Source: Candidatus Thorarchaeota archaeon
GTDB lineage: Archaea; Asgardarchaeota; Thorarchaeia; Thorarchaeales; Thorarchaeaceae
Length of the DNA stretch: 64,000 nucleotides
Reading direction: 5' to 3'
Assembly (NCBI GenBank): GCA_016839275.1
Contig: JAEOUM010000025.1
Span: forward strand, 895-64,894
Shown here: one piece after another, positions 40,201 through 47,701 of the stretch
Layout: the number at the start of each line of letters is the position of its first letter
Numbering within the stretch: position 1 is the first letter of the stretch
Notes under the pieces: model-generated
The model's database searches: none
The model's input: only the letters and a program-made list of their open reading frames with translations
What the model was told of the DNA's origin: nothing
Program-made: the position numbers and the translations under genes

Positions 40201-40992
40201 GCAACAACCCGCTATTACCCGTTCATGCTAATTCTTACTGCAGTGTGTGTTGGATTAGTGTATCGAAGATCAAAGAGAAAACAACGGATTCGAGAGAATA
40301 AAGATGCCCTTGCAGTGAAGAGACGATTTGATGATGTGAAAAGTCTTCTAGGCGTGATTGTCCTTCATAAAGACAGCGGATTGCCCGTGTATTCTAAGAT
40401 TCTCAGGGAGGGTCTCGAAGAAACTGTGATATCAGCCTTCATCACAGCAATCACAAGTTTCCGTGGCGAGTTTGATATTGAGTCAAGCTCTGAGGAGTGG
40501 GGACTTATTCCAATCTCAGACATTGTTAGAGTAATCTCTACGAATAAATTGGTCTGCGCGTTCATCACAACTGGAAATCCCTCACCCGAGCAACGCGAGA
40601 AAATGATACAATTCGCAAAGAAGGTAGGTTTCATTTTTGATGAAACGATGAGTGATGTTCCGATAGTGGTTCTTGACCAGCGTACAAGAAAGCAGTTTGA
40701 TACATTATTTGAGGACATTCTTGATGGGGCTCTGCTTAGAACATACATGCTAGATGACGAAAAGAAAATACCCACGAATACCTGTGCTAATGAGAGAATT
40801 GCTAGAAAGCAGGGTGTGCAATTCAAACTCGATGAACTTGCATTTGAATTAGCCACATGTGGTCTAGAAGAGGGAAGAGTATACAAGGCGATAATGACCG
40901 CTCTTGAGAATCATTTCCTTGTCACCAGTGACGAGTCGCCATTCGCCTCAGAGATAATTCGAGCCCCTGAGTCGGTTCCTGATGAAACCTAG
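37207..40992 (+). CDS. giant single-pass surface protein with a cytoplasmic Roadblock/longin-like C-terminal domain (putative)
   Basis: N-terminal anchor IVLVSFIIVPILLGLVI. ~970-aa Ser/Thr/Asn-rich ectodomain with more than 20 N-x-S/T sequons. TM helix YYPFMLILTAVCVGLVY followed by RRSKRKQR. ~240-aa cytoplasmic region starting LLGVIVLHKDSGLPVYSKIL...VISAFITAITSFRGEF. Confidence 0.7.
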   Translation: MRARKIVLVSFIIVPILLGLVITPQTYPRNSISNDSPSDSLYSLVEEGKEFNSKAGFSLSQDTQTGILNPARMVQRGHQDTSLLRARTDSGKNTQQNITIDEANHWTASRTEVEVTNLRKLYAVNGTFDDEVDPWTSSTYDPSGGKQTQTAVWNSTEGYVTVANIGEFKDRNPPQDDTYTHHYTSEIVWSQTVTNSPLSNNFSLSFRYRYVSGPVDPAPYDFSGDVELRIYVHTDTYYMSIATGDLRGVWYSITDYPIELTGAPASFTVGIGIYIEYADLVLTENGDYDDDGFPDGLINAQKIEVNLDDFEFKSQTPVPYSNVELTFNAEGLTSLITGPTGGIGTSTISNSTPWNVSPLQIEVTANTSVSFEYSVTTYFQRDINSSWTTDLSKQGVSYTIDSGQSSDLVMYTYVSTSTEYQNLTLTIEYPSDWENITILDPLNNDITGLCSAATGSIYVPNSLFTRVGWWKITYQAFNYAKIISIQMQDSFSGNWTENSLFRTGNITRTQVEIGTASVTPEAGAPVDIEWIRPNGAVWASDSISSIIGGQVNSSSWVLGGTNTSAGEWVVEVFWNNGTELAYGHALFDLYHQASVTVSYPIIEADYGQIISNLITFKDADTGEYLLDDSVSIVANWSSTIVTFTQNYAKNWWEADFDTTLLGNGRFVVDVNASMPYFDMVASQFTVISLFETSLEILNAGSAPIENGLNEIFTVLLSYELLNGTGVAGAVPTISHSGQENSLAWSNFVDNNNGFYAIDIRCNISGIYEIAITLSKPFHYNTSDSFTLLIRIVDTTVQGSSPFEALLIGRSYTFIFSYIFESNSSYIHGATILAFGDGAGWITYTELESGQYIVNLTPLEIGEHYTILTFEKDGFETASYRLTFSVERVPISVEVLQGLSAPELSQSTILVRISETDTDQPVSGLEVYCYIIDPNGASGSSIIMDETSTSGVYSAVIIMPAAEGVYQLQITCEAENYALESSFIVQLQPGRDFMTMLWVATTRYYPFMLILTAVCVGLVYRRSKRKQRIRENKDALAVKRRFDDVKSLLGVIVLHKDSGLPVYSKILREGLEETVISAFITAITSFRGEFDIESSSEEWGLIPISDIVRVISTNKLVCAFITTGNPSPEQREKMIQFAKKVGFIFDETMSDVPIVVLDQRTRKQFDTLFEDILDGALLRTYMLDDEKKIPTNTCANERIARKQGVQFKLDELAFELATCGLEEGRVYKAIMTALENHFLVTSDESPFASEIIRAPESVPDET

Positions 40993-41005
40993 AAAAAGAG
41001 AAGCA

Positions 41006-41028
41006 GGTGAGAGGAACTTCCTCTCACC
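41006..41028. terminator. perfect hairpin between convergent genes
   Basis: GGTGAGAGGAAcTTCCTCTCACC. On the minus strand it is followed by tgcttctcttttt. Confidence 0.5.
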
Positions 41029-41037
41029 AAGTATATT

Positions 41038-41841
41038 CTACTCAAGTTTGCGAACTAAGTAGTAGTCAATCCAGTTCTTTTTCCGGATGAAGGGCACTAT
41101 CAAAATGAGTAGTGCAACAACGACTGCAACGATAATAGCAGTATTGAAGATGAGAGGGATTGCCATCCATTTTGAAGCAATTCCTGTTGAAGCCCAGATC
41201 ACAACAAGACCATAGGCGATATCTCTTCTCAGCACAATCATCAGAGTAGAAATGAGAAGTGCAACAACAAGGACCAAGGCGGTCCAGATTTGTTGTACAT
41301 CCACAGCAATTGTTAGGTTTGCATTTAGAACTGCTGCAGTGTTTGCGATGGTAGCCAATGAGATCCATCCTAAGTAAACACTGGTTGGTAGATGGATACC
41401 CAATTTCTGTCCGAGAGGAACCTCTTTGATTCCTATCTCAAGACGGACATAGGTCAGCAGTAAAATCACTAGGAATCCTACGATTAGTAGCTCGCTCCAT
41501 ACTAAGAGTGGAGTATTGCCATAAGAATAGTGGAATAGAATCAACCAAGCCACATTCAAGACTGCGCCAATTAGATACAGATACCCAATTTTACCTAGAT
41601 ACTCTGCATTCATTTGATTCTTCCTTGCCTGATAGACCATAAAGACAAAGAGTAGGACGTAGATTACACCCCAGATTGCGAAGACGTAACCTGGCGGGGT
41701 GAAAAAGTTGGGGAATGCGTCAGCAACCGTTCCAGTGTTCACTCCGTTGAATGGTAGAATATTTGCAAGTGCGTTCATCACAATAGTGAACACTACTGCG
41801 AAGATGTTTATGATTTGGAATTTCTTATAATTATCTGTCAT
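41038..41841 (-). CDS. polytopic membrane protein, TspO/MBR-like (tentative)
   Basis: FTPPGYVFAIWGVIYVLLFVFMVYQ resembles the ftPAgyaFsIWgvIY block of long 'tryptophan-rich sensory protein'-annotated families. Seven or eight TM helices. Confidence 0.45.
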   Translation of the reverse strand: MTDNYKKFQIINIFAVVFTIVMNALANILPFNGVNTGTVADAFPNFFTPPGYVFAIWGVIYVLLFVFMVYQARKNQMNAEYLGKIGYLYLIGAVLNVAWLILFHYSYGNTPLLVWSELLIVGFLVILLLTYVRLEIGIKEVPLGQKLGIHLPTSVYLGWISLATIANTAAVLNANLTIAVDVQQIWTALVLVVALLISTLMIVLRRDIAYGLVVIWASTGIASKWMAIPLIFNTAIIVAVVVALLILIVPFIRKKNWIDYYLVRKLE

Positions 41842-41906
41842 GAAAACTCCCAAAAATCTTAACGATAATTAATATTTAAAGGTTGCTACAAATCACTTTC
41901 TTGTTC

Positions 41907-42920
41907 CTAGCGTCTTCGAAACAGAGCATAGCCAGCAATTATGACAACACCTACAATAGTAACGGGCATAATGACTTCATTCAGAGTGATCTGTTCTGTT
42001 GTTCCTGTGGTAGTGGTGGTGCTGGAAGTAGTTGTGCTTGAGGGTGTGGTTGCTAGATCTGGAGCATTCCAACCAGCTAGATTTGCTACCAACCACCAAA
42101 AAGCTCTGCCTTTCTGTTCACAACTTGTAAAGGTAGTATGTCCAGCTTCATCACCATTGAAATCAGGATGCTCGATTGGGATCTGGAGCGTATCTTCGCC
42201 TATGCTATAATCATAGGTACTGTGATCGCCATTACTCCAACAATCAAGATCTGCAAAATCAAATAGGATTTTATCATTGTCCAGACAATATTGGCGTATC
42301 TGTTCATTTCGTAACCAGCGATTATAACCACTGCTCCCACCAGCCTGTGCATTACCAGTCATATAGATGAATGTGATACCAGGATTGGGAGTTTCAAGAG
42401 CGGTCATTGCATCAAGATAGTCTTGAACATCTTGCTCTGAGTAATAATCAACTTGCGTGCACCAAGACCAGAGAGAAGCAGTAAGTGTGGGATTACTATC
42501 AATTGTATCTTGTGTCAGCTCTAGAGCACTTGCTCCCTGCCAATAAAGATCAGGAGTAATGTAGCTCTCTGGAGGATTTCCATCGAGAATACAGAGGGCA
42601 TCACTGTCAGTCGGCAGTATAAGATACCCTATAGAAACATCGAAGGTCAAATTAACTGATTCTAGTCGAGAGAGACCTGTTGTGATTTGTCCACCGTGAC
42701 TCGTATGAGCGTAGTGGATGCGAATGTCATCCTGAGCTGATTCAATCCATTCCCCGGGAATCAGACTCAAATCGATACAATTATGGTCGATTATCAACCC
42801 ACCTGACCAAGAGGCAATTCTGCCATTATCTTCGATTGGTGAGCAACTAGTAATCAAAGAACTCAGTGATAGTAAAGTCAAACTCACTATGACTGTTAGT
42901 AGAATTCTGCGGCGTGACAC
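41907..42920 (-). CDS. secreted protein with Thr/Ser-rich stalk and C-terminal TM anchor
   Basis: Lipobox-like signal peptide (LSLSSLITSCSP), ~270-aa globular part, TTPSSTTTSSTTTTTGTTE linker, then the hydrophobic VTIVGVVIIAGYALF and the terminal RRR. Confidence 0.55.
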   Translation of the reverse strand: MSRRRILLTVIVSLTLLSLSSLITSCSPIEDNGRIASWSGGLIIDHNCIDLSLIPGEWIESAQDDIRIHYAHTSHGGQITTGLSRLESVNLTFDVSIGYLILPTDSDALCILDGNPPESYITPDLYWQGASALELTQDTIDSNPTLTASLWSWCTQVDYYSEQDVQDYLDAMTALETPNPGITFIYMTGNAQAGGSSGYNRWLRNEQIRQYCLDNDKILFDFADLDCWSNGDHSTYDYSIGEDTLQIPIEHPDFNGDEAGHTTFTSCEQKGRAFWWLVANLAGWNAPDLATTPSSTTTSSTTTTTGTTEQITLNEVIMPVTIVGVVIIAGYALFRRR

Positions 42921-43059
42921 GGCTTTTGGCTCCTAACCTATCTCTCACCAGAAAAGAACGTTGAAATGTTTTTCTCATAGGAATAACTCTCGTTGGTCTG
43001 GTCCGTTCAAAAACACATAAGACGGATACTGGGGCACAAAACAATCGGAGAGATTCTCA

Positions 43060-43845
43060 ATGTTCATTTCTTGTTCAATATTGGGAGGGATCAAGTCATC
43101 ATCCGCACCCGAGGTGCTCCTCACAAACCTGATTCGAACTATAGTTCGAGTAAAGGATGCAGGGTATGATACTGTAGAGCTATATTATGGCAATCTGCCC
43201 AATTGGGTTGGGGATACGATTCAAGCAGCTCTTGATGACCTCAAACTCAAGGCCTATTCAATCCACCTGCCAAAATTCCTCACCTTGTTTGACGAGAAAG
43301 ACTTTGATGAAACTGTAACCTCTGCTTTCTCATTCATAAGAGCTTGTGAGTTGAAGGTGGCAGTTCTTCATCTTCCAGATCAGGATCAACTTGCAGGTCC
43401 ACAATGGAAGCGGAGATTTGAGGTGCTGCTGAAAGCTGCAGAAGAGTCAGGATGTATGTTGACTCTTGAGAACGTTCCATATATTGAGAATGTGGACCAG
43501 TTCATTCTCAATGAGATAGGAAAGAACAGTAACAGACCACTTGGAATCACAATTGATATGGAGTTCATGTACATTAACGGTTCTAACATTGAGTGGATGA
43601 TTGATGCCTTCGGTGGCAAGATTGGCAATGTCCACTTCAGGGATAGTGATGGTAGTCTACTAGGTGAGGATGGATATAGGCAATATATAGTTCCAGGAGA
43701 GGGAAGGATAGATTTGCATCAAGTGGTGAAAAAACTTCATACTTCAGGATACAGGGGACCTTTAACAATTGAGGTTTCACATAGACAGAAGAGAAATATC
43801 ATTGACGCCAAGAAATTTGCTGAAGACTGTCTTGCAAACTTATAA
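43060..43845 (+). CDS. sugar phosphate isomerase/epimerase (xylose isomerase-like TIM barrel) family protein
   Basis: Size and blocks (VELYYG..., LHLP, LTLENVPY, HFRDSDG, PGEGRIDL) fit the AP endonuclease 2/xylose isomerase-like barrel. Confidence 0.6.
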   Translation: MFISCSILGGIKSSSAPEVLLTNLIRTIVRVKDAGYDTVELYYGNLPNWVGDTIQAALDDLKLKAYSIHLPKFLTLFDEKDFDETVTSAFSFIRACELKVAVLHLPDQDQLAGPQWKRRFEVLLKAAEESGCMLTLENVPYIENVDQFILNEIGKNSNRPLGITIDMEFMYINGSNIEWMIDAFGGKIGNVHFRDSDGSLLGEDGYRQYIVPGEGRIDLHQVVKKLHTSGYRGPLTIEVSHRQKRNIIDAKKFAEDCLANL

Positions 43846-43859
43846 TCGGCGTGGTTCAT

Positions 43860-44393
43860 TCAAAACGATTTTCGGGAGTTTTCCCAATCCTTACGGATTG
43901 CAGTCAGATGCCCTGTATGATAGTTTAGATGAGTGAAGGTATCTGCTAACACTTCTCTCACAGTCTTTCCAATAAAGAATGAGGGGATTTTTTCTCCTTC
44001 TATTCGATACTCCAATTCTTCTTCAGATGCAGTTTCAATCCACTTGAGAAGATCATGTTCACTTGAGTCATAATATTCCTGAATCTGTGTGAGGGGTGTA
44101 CCAGCCCATTCTCCTGAAGTCCCCGGAGTGTAGAGACTGAAGAGTTCTTTATTCTTCGGAGAGCCCTTTTTGATTAACATATTCAAAGAAAAGTCATAGA
44201 CTGCTGCTTGATGTGCAAGAACCCAGCCAAGTGAGGACATTCCGGATCGTGGACGATAGGCAAGATCATTGCACTCAGCCTCTGTGATTAAGCGTATCTC
44301 CATTTCTCGCCACTGACGCGTTGACCTGGCTGAAAGTCGGAAGAATTCTACATCCATCAAATCTGTTTTCCTCTGTGTGTAGCTGTATATCAA
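43860..44393 (-). CDS. DinB-family protein
   Basis: LGWVLAHQAAVYDF and THLNYHTGHLTAIRK are typical DinB four-helix-bundle His motifs. Confidence 0.6.
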   Translation of the reverse strand: MIYSYTQRKTDLMDVEFFRLSARSTRQWREMEIRLITEAECNDLAYRPRSGMSSLGWVLAHQAAVYDFSLNMLIKKGSPKNKELFSLYTPGTSGEWAGTPLTQIQEYYDSSEHDLLKWIETASEEELEYRIEGEKIPSFFIGKTVREVLADTFTHLNYHTGHLTAIRKDWENSRKSF

Positions 44394-44511
44394 AAAAGAA
44401 AATGTTTCTTGCGCTTTTAATTTTCATATTCACGTAATCGTGTCAACTGCAGAGAAGAAAAAAGGAGGCGAGAGTGAAATATCGCGCCCTCGCAATATTT
44501 TTGGAGTGTAA

Positions 44512-44835
44512 TCAGTGCTTGTGTGTTTCTTCTTGAGGAATCCTTGTAAGCTCAAACATGACTGGATTAAACCCGTCTGGACACGCATGTGTAGATACGC
44601 ATTGATTCTTCAGCCATGGAAACCTTGCATTATACATCATCGCATAGACCTTGGGCATCATGGAGTACATCGCGCTGATGCAGAGTGTTCCCTTCACCTC
44701 ATCCCCAGTAAAGGTGATTTCGTCACCGACCTTATGCCCTGCTGCGCATGTTCCTTCTTGTTTTATCACTCGACAAAGAATCTGCCAAGGCTCATCACGA
44801 ATACAATTACTATCTGTCATGAGCAATTCTATCAA
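44512..44835 (-). CDS. small Cys-rich protein, TIGR04076-like
   Basis: CAAGHKVGDEITFTG...LCISAMYSMMPKVYAMMY...ACPDGFNPVMFELTRI resembles the TIGR04076 family layout. Confidence 0.5.
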   Translation of the reverse strand: MIELLMTDSNCIRDEPWQILCRVIKQEGTCAAGHKVGDEITFTGDEVKGTLCISAMYSMMPKVYAMMYNARFPWLKNQCVSTHACPDGFNPVMFELTRIPQEETHKH

Positions 44836-44852
44836 TGAATAGCTTTGTTAAT

Positions 44853-46283
44853 TTACCGAATGTCAGAATCAGGTTCATCATCAAGACTGGAGTTACGTGT
44901 CGTATCGTCAGATGGAGGGCAAGTTCTACTATCAACTACATCGAAGAGTTGTACTTCATCGGGCTCAAACAATACACGATCTTCAGGTAATTCACCTGCC
45001 GCGCGAAGGCTTCGTTTTACAGACATGGGTCCAATCATCTCTAGTACCATTGTTGACAAAGCAACAACTCCAAGGATAAGCATCCCCATAATCTGAGCAT
45101 CTCCGCCCAATGCGACAAAGGTTTCTTCAATAATAAACGAGAGACCCAGTGCAACACCAGCTTGGCATAGAAGACATCCGCCAAGATGCTTTTGAATGGC
45201 GGGTGATTCGTTGACAATGCGAGCTCCAAACGCGGCTCCGAAGTATTTTGCAATAGTTCTCCCGCCAAGATAAAGTGCGGCAGTAAGAGCAATCAAGAGA
45301 ATAGTCTCAGATGTTGAAAGAAGCTGGGCCATCCGCCCGCCTACCATAACAAAGAAGATCATAACGACGGGAGCCATCACACGTTCAAGTAGCTCAGGAA
45401 CCTGTTCCTTATCACGATTGATACGCGATTTTACAATGTAACCGAATACCATTGCTGCAAAGATGTCGCTAATTCGTATGTAGAAACCGAGAGAGTCAAG
45501 ATATGTATTGATGAACTCGATAACTCCAATTAAAAGAATAACCATTCCAATCTCAAGTTCTAGAAGTTTTCCTCTGTCTTTCTCTTTGTTAAGTGGAAAA
45601 ATGAAGATTAGTCCAAATATGATGCCAAATACTATAGAACCAAAGATACCAATCACCGGCTCTATTAGTACAGAGGGAATGGTGAGAGAATCAGGAAGGT
45701 ATACCCATAAAGCAAAAGCAATAGCTGAGTTAGTAAGAATGACTGCAGCTATGTCATCTGCAGCAAGTACAAACATGAGAGAGGATGTCACAGGACCTTC
45801 ACAATCACACTCCCAAACGACATCAGCGGTAGCAGCTGGTGCAGTAGCACTTGCAACAGCACCAAAAAGAATAGCTGTTGGTAGAGCAAAGGGAAAAGCA
45901 ACCAAGGACAGTAGCACATATGTTAGAATCGTTACGACGATAAATGCTGCCATTGCTTCCAAGATTACAATAACAACAAGTCTTCGTATTCTGCCACCTT
46001 CAAGATTTGGACTCCTTAATTCATGACCGATATTGTAACCTATTAGACCCAAAGCTAGAGCCACAAAGAACCGGAGATCGTGGATGCTTTGTTCAGTCAA
46101 TATACTTGTCAATCCAAGAACAACGCCGGCTAGCATAAATCCAAGTGTCTGAGGAATTCCAAGCTTCTTTAGAACAGAAGCGCCAATATACGCTAGGACA
46201 AGCGCCGCCCCGATTGTCAATAAGAAGAGTTCCAATACGCCAGCTCCTGTGTTTTGTATAGATGCGCATCGATTAAAACTCAA
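44853..46283 (-). CDS. cation:proton antiporter (CPA/Kef-type)
   Basis: ~11 TM helices. The N-terminal LKKLGIPQTLGFMLAGVVLG is typical of the Na+/H+ exchanger family. Acidic soluble tail. Confidence 0.65.
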   Translation of the reverse strand: MSFNRCASIQNTGAGVLELFLLTIGAALVLAYIGASVLKKLGIPQTLGFMLAGVVLGLTSILTEQSIHDLRFFVALALGLIGYNIGHELRSPNLEGGRIRRLVVIVILEAMAAFIVVTILTYVLLSLVAFPFALPTAILFGAVASATAPAATADVVWECDCEGPVTSSLMFVLAADDIAAVILTNSAIAFALWVYLPDSLTIPSVLIEPVIGIFGSIVFGIIFGLIFIFPLNKEKDRGKLLELEIGMVILLIGVIEFINTYLDSLGFYIRISDIFAAMVFGYIVKSRINRDKEQVPELLERVMAPVVMIFFVMVGGRMAQLLSTSETILLIALTAALYLGGRTIAKYFGAAFGARIVNESPAIQKHLGGCLLCQAGVALGLSFIIEETFVALGGDAQIMGMLILGVVALSTMVLEMIGPMSVKRSLRAAGELPEDRVLFEPDEVQLFDVVDSRTCPPSDDTTRNSSLDDEPDSDIR

Positions 46284-46408
46284 AGGAGCTTTTTGAACAT
46301 ATTGATAGTAATTACTACTGTGATATCAGTCTAAGCTTTGATATCTTCGTTTGGAAAAGAGAAAACCTGGGCATAGATTCCTCAGAAAACGTTCGAAGAA
46401 ATGAGATG

Positions 46409-47098
46409 TCAGCTGATACTTCCATAATAGTCACAGATGTCACTGAGAAAACAGATATCACACTGAGGTCTTTGTGCTTTACAGATTTCACGCCCATGGC
46501 GTACAAGATTGTTGTTCAAGGAGTGTATGCAGTTCTTCGGAACAACCTGTTCTAGAAGCTCGTGAGCCCGTTCTCGTGACACATTCTGACCTATGATTCC
46601 CAATCGTTTTGTGACTCGCCAGACGTGTGTATCAACAGGCAGAGTTGGTCTTCCAAAAGAGAACAGCAACACAATTGCTGCAGTCTTCGGACCAACGCCA
46701 TGCAATGATGTAAGCCAAGCCTTTGCCTCTTCGAGTGGCATGTCTTCGAGAAGTGCAAGGTCTAGTTTTCCAACTCGTTCATTTATTTCTCGAAGTGCCC
46801 TTTGTATTCTCTTAGCTTTTAGATTGAACATTCCAGATGATCTGATTACTTCAGCTAGTTCATCATGGGGAGCTTCAAGGACTTGTTCCCATGAAGTGTA
46901 TTTTTTTATTAGACTATCATAAGCTTTAGACATATTGGTATCAGAGGTGTGTTGACTCAATATAGTCATCACTAGCTCATCAATTGGGGGGAGTTTCCGT
47001 TCGCTCACTGTTTTGCCATATTTACGAACTAGAACTGCACAGGCTTTCTCAGCCTTTTGTTTTGATAGCGCCATCATACTGGGTTTAAGAAAAGACAT
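46409..47098 (-). CDS. nth: endonuclease III
   Basis: HhH-GPD block LHGVGPKTAAIVLLFSFGRPTLPVDTHVWRV and the Fe-S cluster motif CKAQRPQCDICFLSDIC (C-x6-C-x2-C-x5-C). Confidence 0.85.
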   Translation of the reverse strand: MSFLKPSMMALSKQKAEKACAVLVRKYGKTVSERKLPPIDELVMTILSQHTSDTNMSKAYDSLIKKYTSWEQVLEAPHDELAEVIRSSGMFNLKAKRIQRALREINERVGKLDLALLEDMPLEEAKAWLTSLHGVGPKTAAIVLLFSFGRPTLPVDTHVWRVTKRLGIIGQNVSRERAHELLEQVVPKNCIHSLNNNLVRHGREICKAQRPQCDICFLSDICDYYGSIS

Positions 47099-47189
47099 CT
47101 GTCCTTATCTAGAAAGTGGTGTAGATAAGATGCATTTGTCCTTGCGATAGTCTTTTGTTTCACTATACCGATGGCTTGAAAGAGTAAAG

Positions 47190-47606
47190 ATGAAAGTCGG
47201 TATTATCTACGAGAGTACAAGGGGTCGAACAAAGGCTATGGCAGAGGCGATACAAGAAGGTATTACATCTGCAGGAACCGAATGTGATGTGATTGATGCA
47301 AAAGATTTCAGCAGTATCGATGATTTCTGTGCCTTGGCAATTGGAAGCTCTACAAGAATGAAGAAAGTGCTCCCGATGGTAAAACGCGTTCTTGCGGAAA
47401 TGCCAAATTTGAATGGTTTGCCTACTGCAGCTTTTGGTTCATATGGGTGGAGTGGGGAAGCCCCAGATGAGATTGCTGCTAAACTAAAAGAACTTGGCGG
47501 AATCTTGGTTATCGACCAGCCAATCAAAGCAAAGGACTATCCCGGAGAACAAATACTAGCCGAATGTCGTAGTTTAGGAGAGAAACTTGCTCGTAGCTGC
47601 GAGTAG
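47190..47606 (+). CDS. flavodoxin
   Basis: MKVGIIYESTRGRTKAMAEAI (FMN phosphate loop S/T-x-T-G-x-T) and FGSYGWSGEA. Confidence 0.75.
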   Translation: MKVGIIYESTRGRTKAMAEAIQEGITSAGTECDVIDAKDFSSIDDFCALAIGSSTRMKKVLPMVKRVLAEMPNLNGLPTAAFGSYGWSGEAPDEIAAKLKELGGILVIDQPIKAKDYPGEQILAECRSLGEKLARSCE

Positions 47607-47701
47607 TATGCTGAGGACAAACTAATAGACACCAAAAATTGTACTCTTCAAAACTCTTATCATGAGGCCCTTGAAAATTCAAAAATGCCGGTGGTAATTA
47701 T

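Noticed and set aside
44515-44838. 107-aa plus-strand ORF mirroring the 107-aa minus-strand ORF almost base-for-base
   Set aside because: The mirror symmetry is striking, but only the minus-strand product shows a recognisable conserved Cys pattern (TIGR04076-like). The plus-strand product looks like antisense noise. It could only be rescued by expression or conservation data.
45508-46026. 172-aa plus-strand ORF inside the antiporter gene, and the similar 40365-40886 minus-strand ORF inside the giant surface-protein gene
   Set aside because: Both are antisense to long, well-supported genes, and their low-complexity Ser/Ala/Thr-rich products have no motifs.
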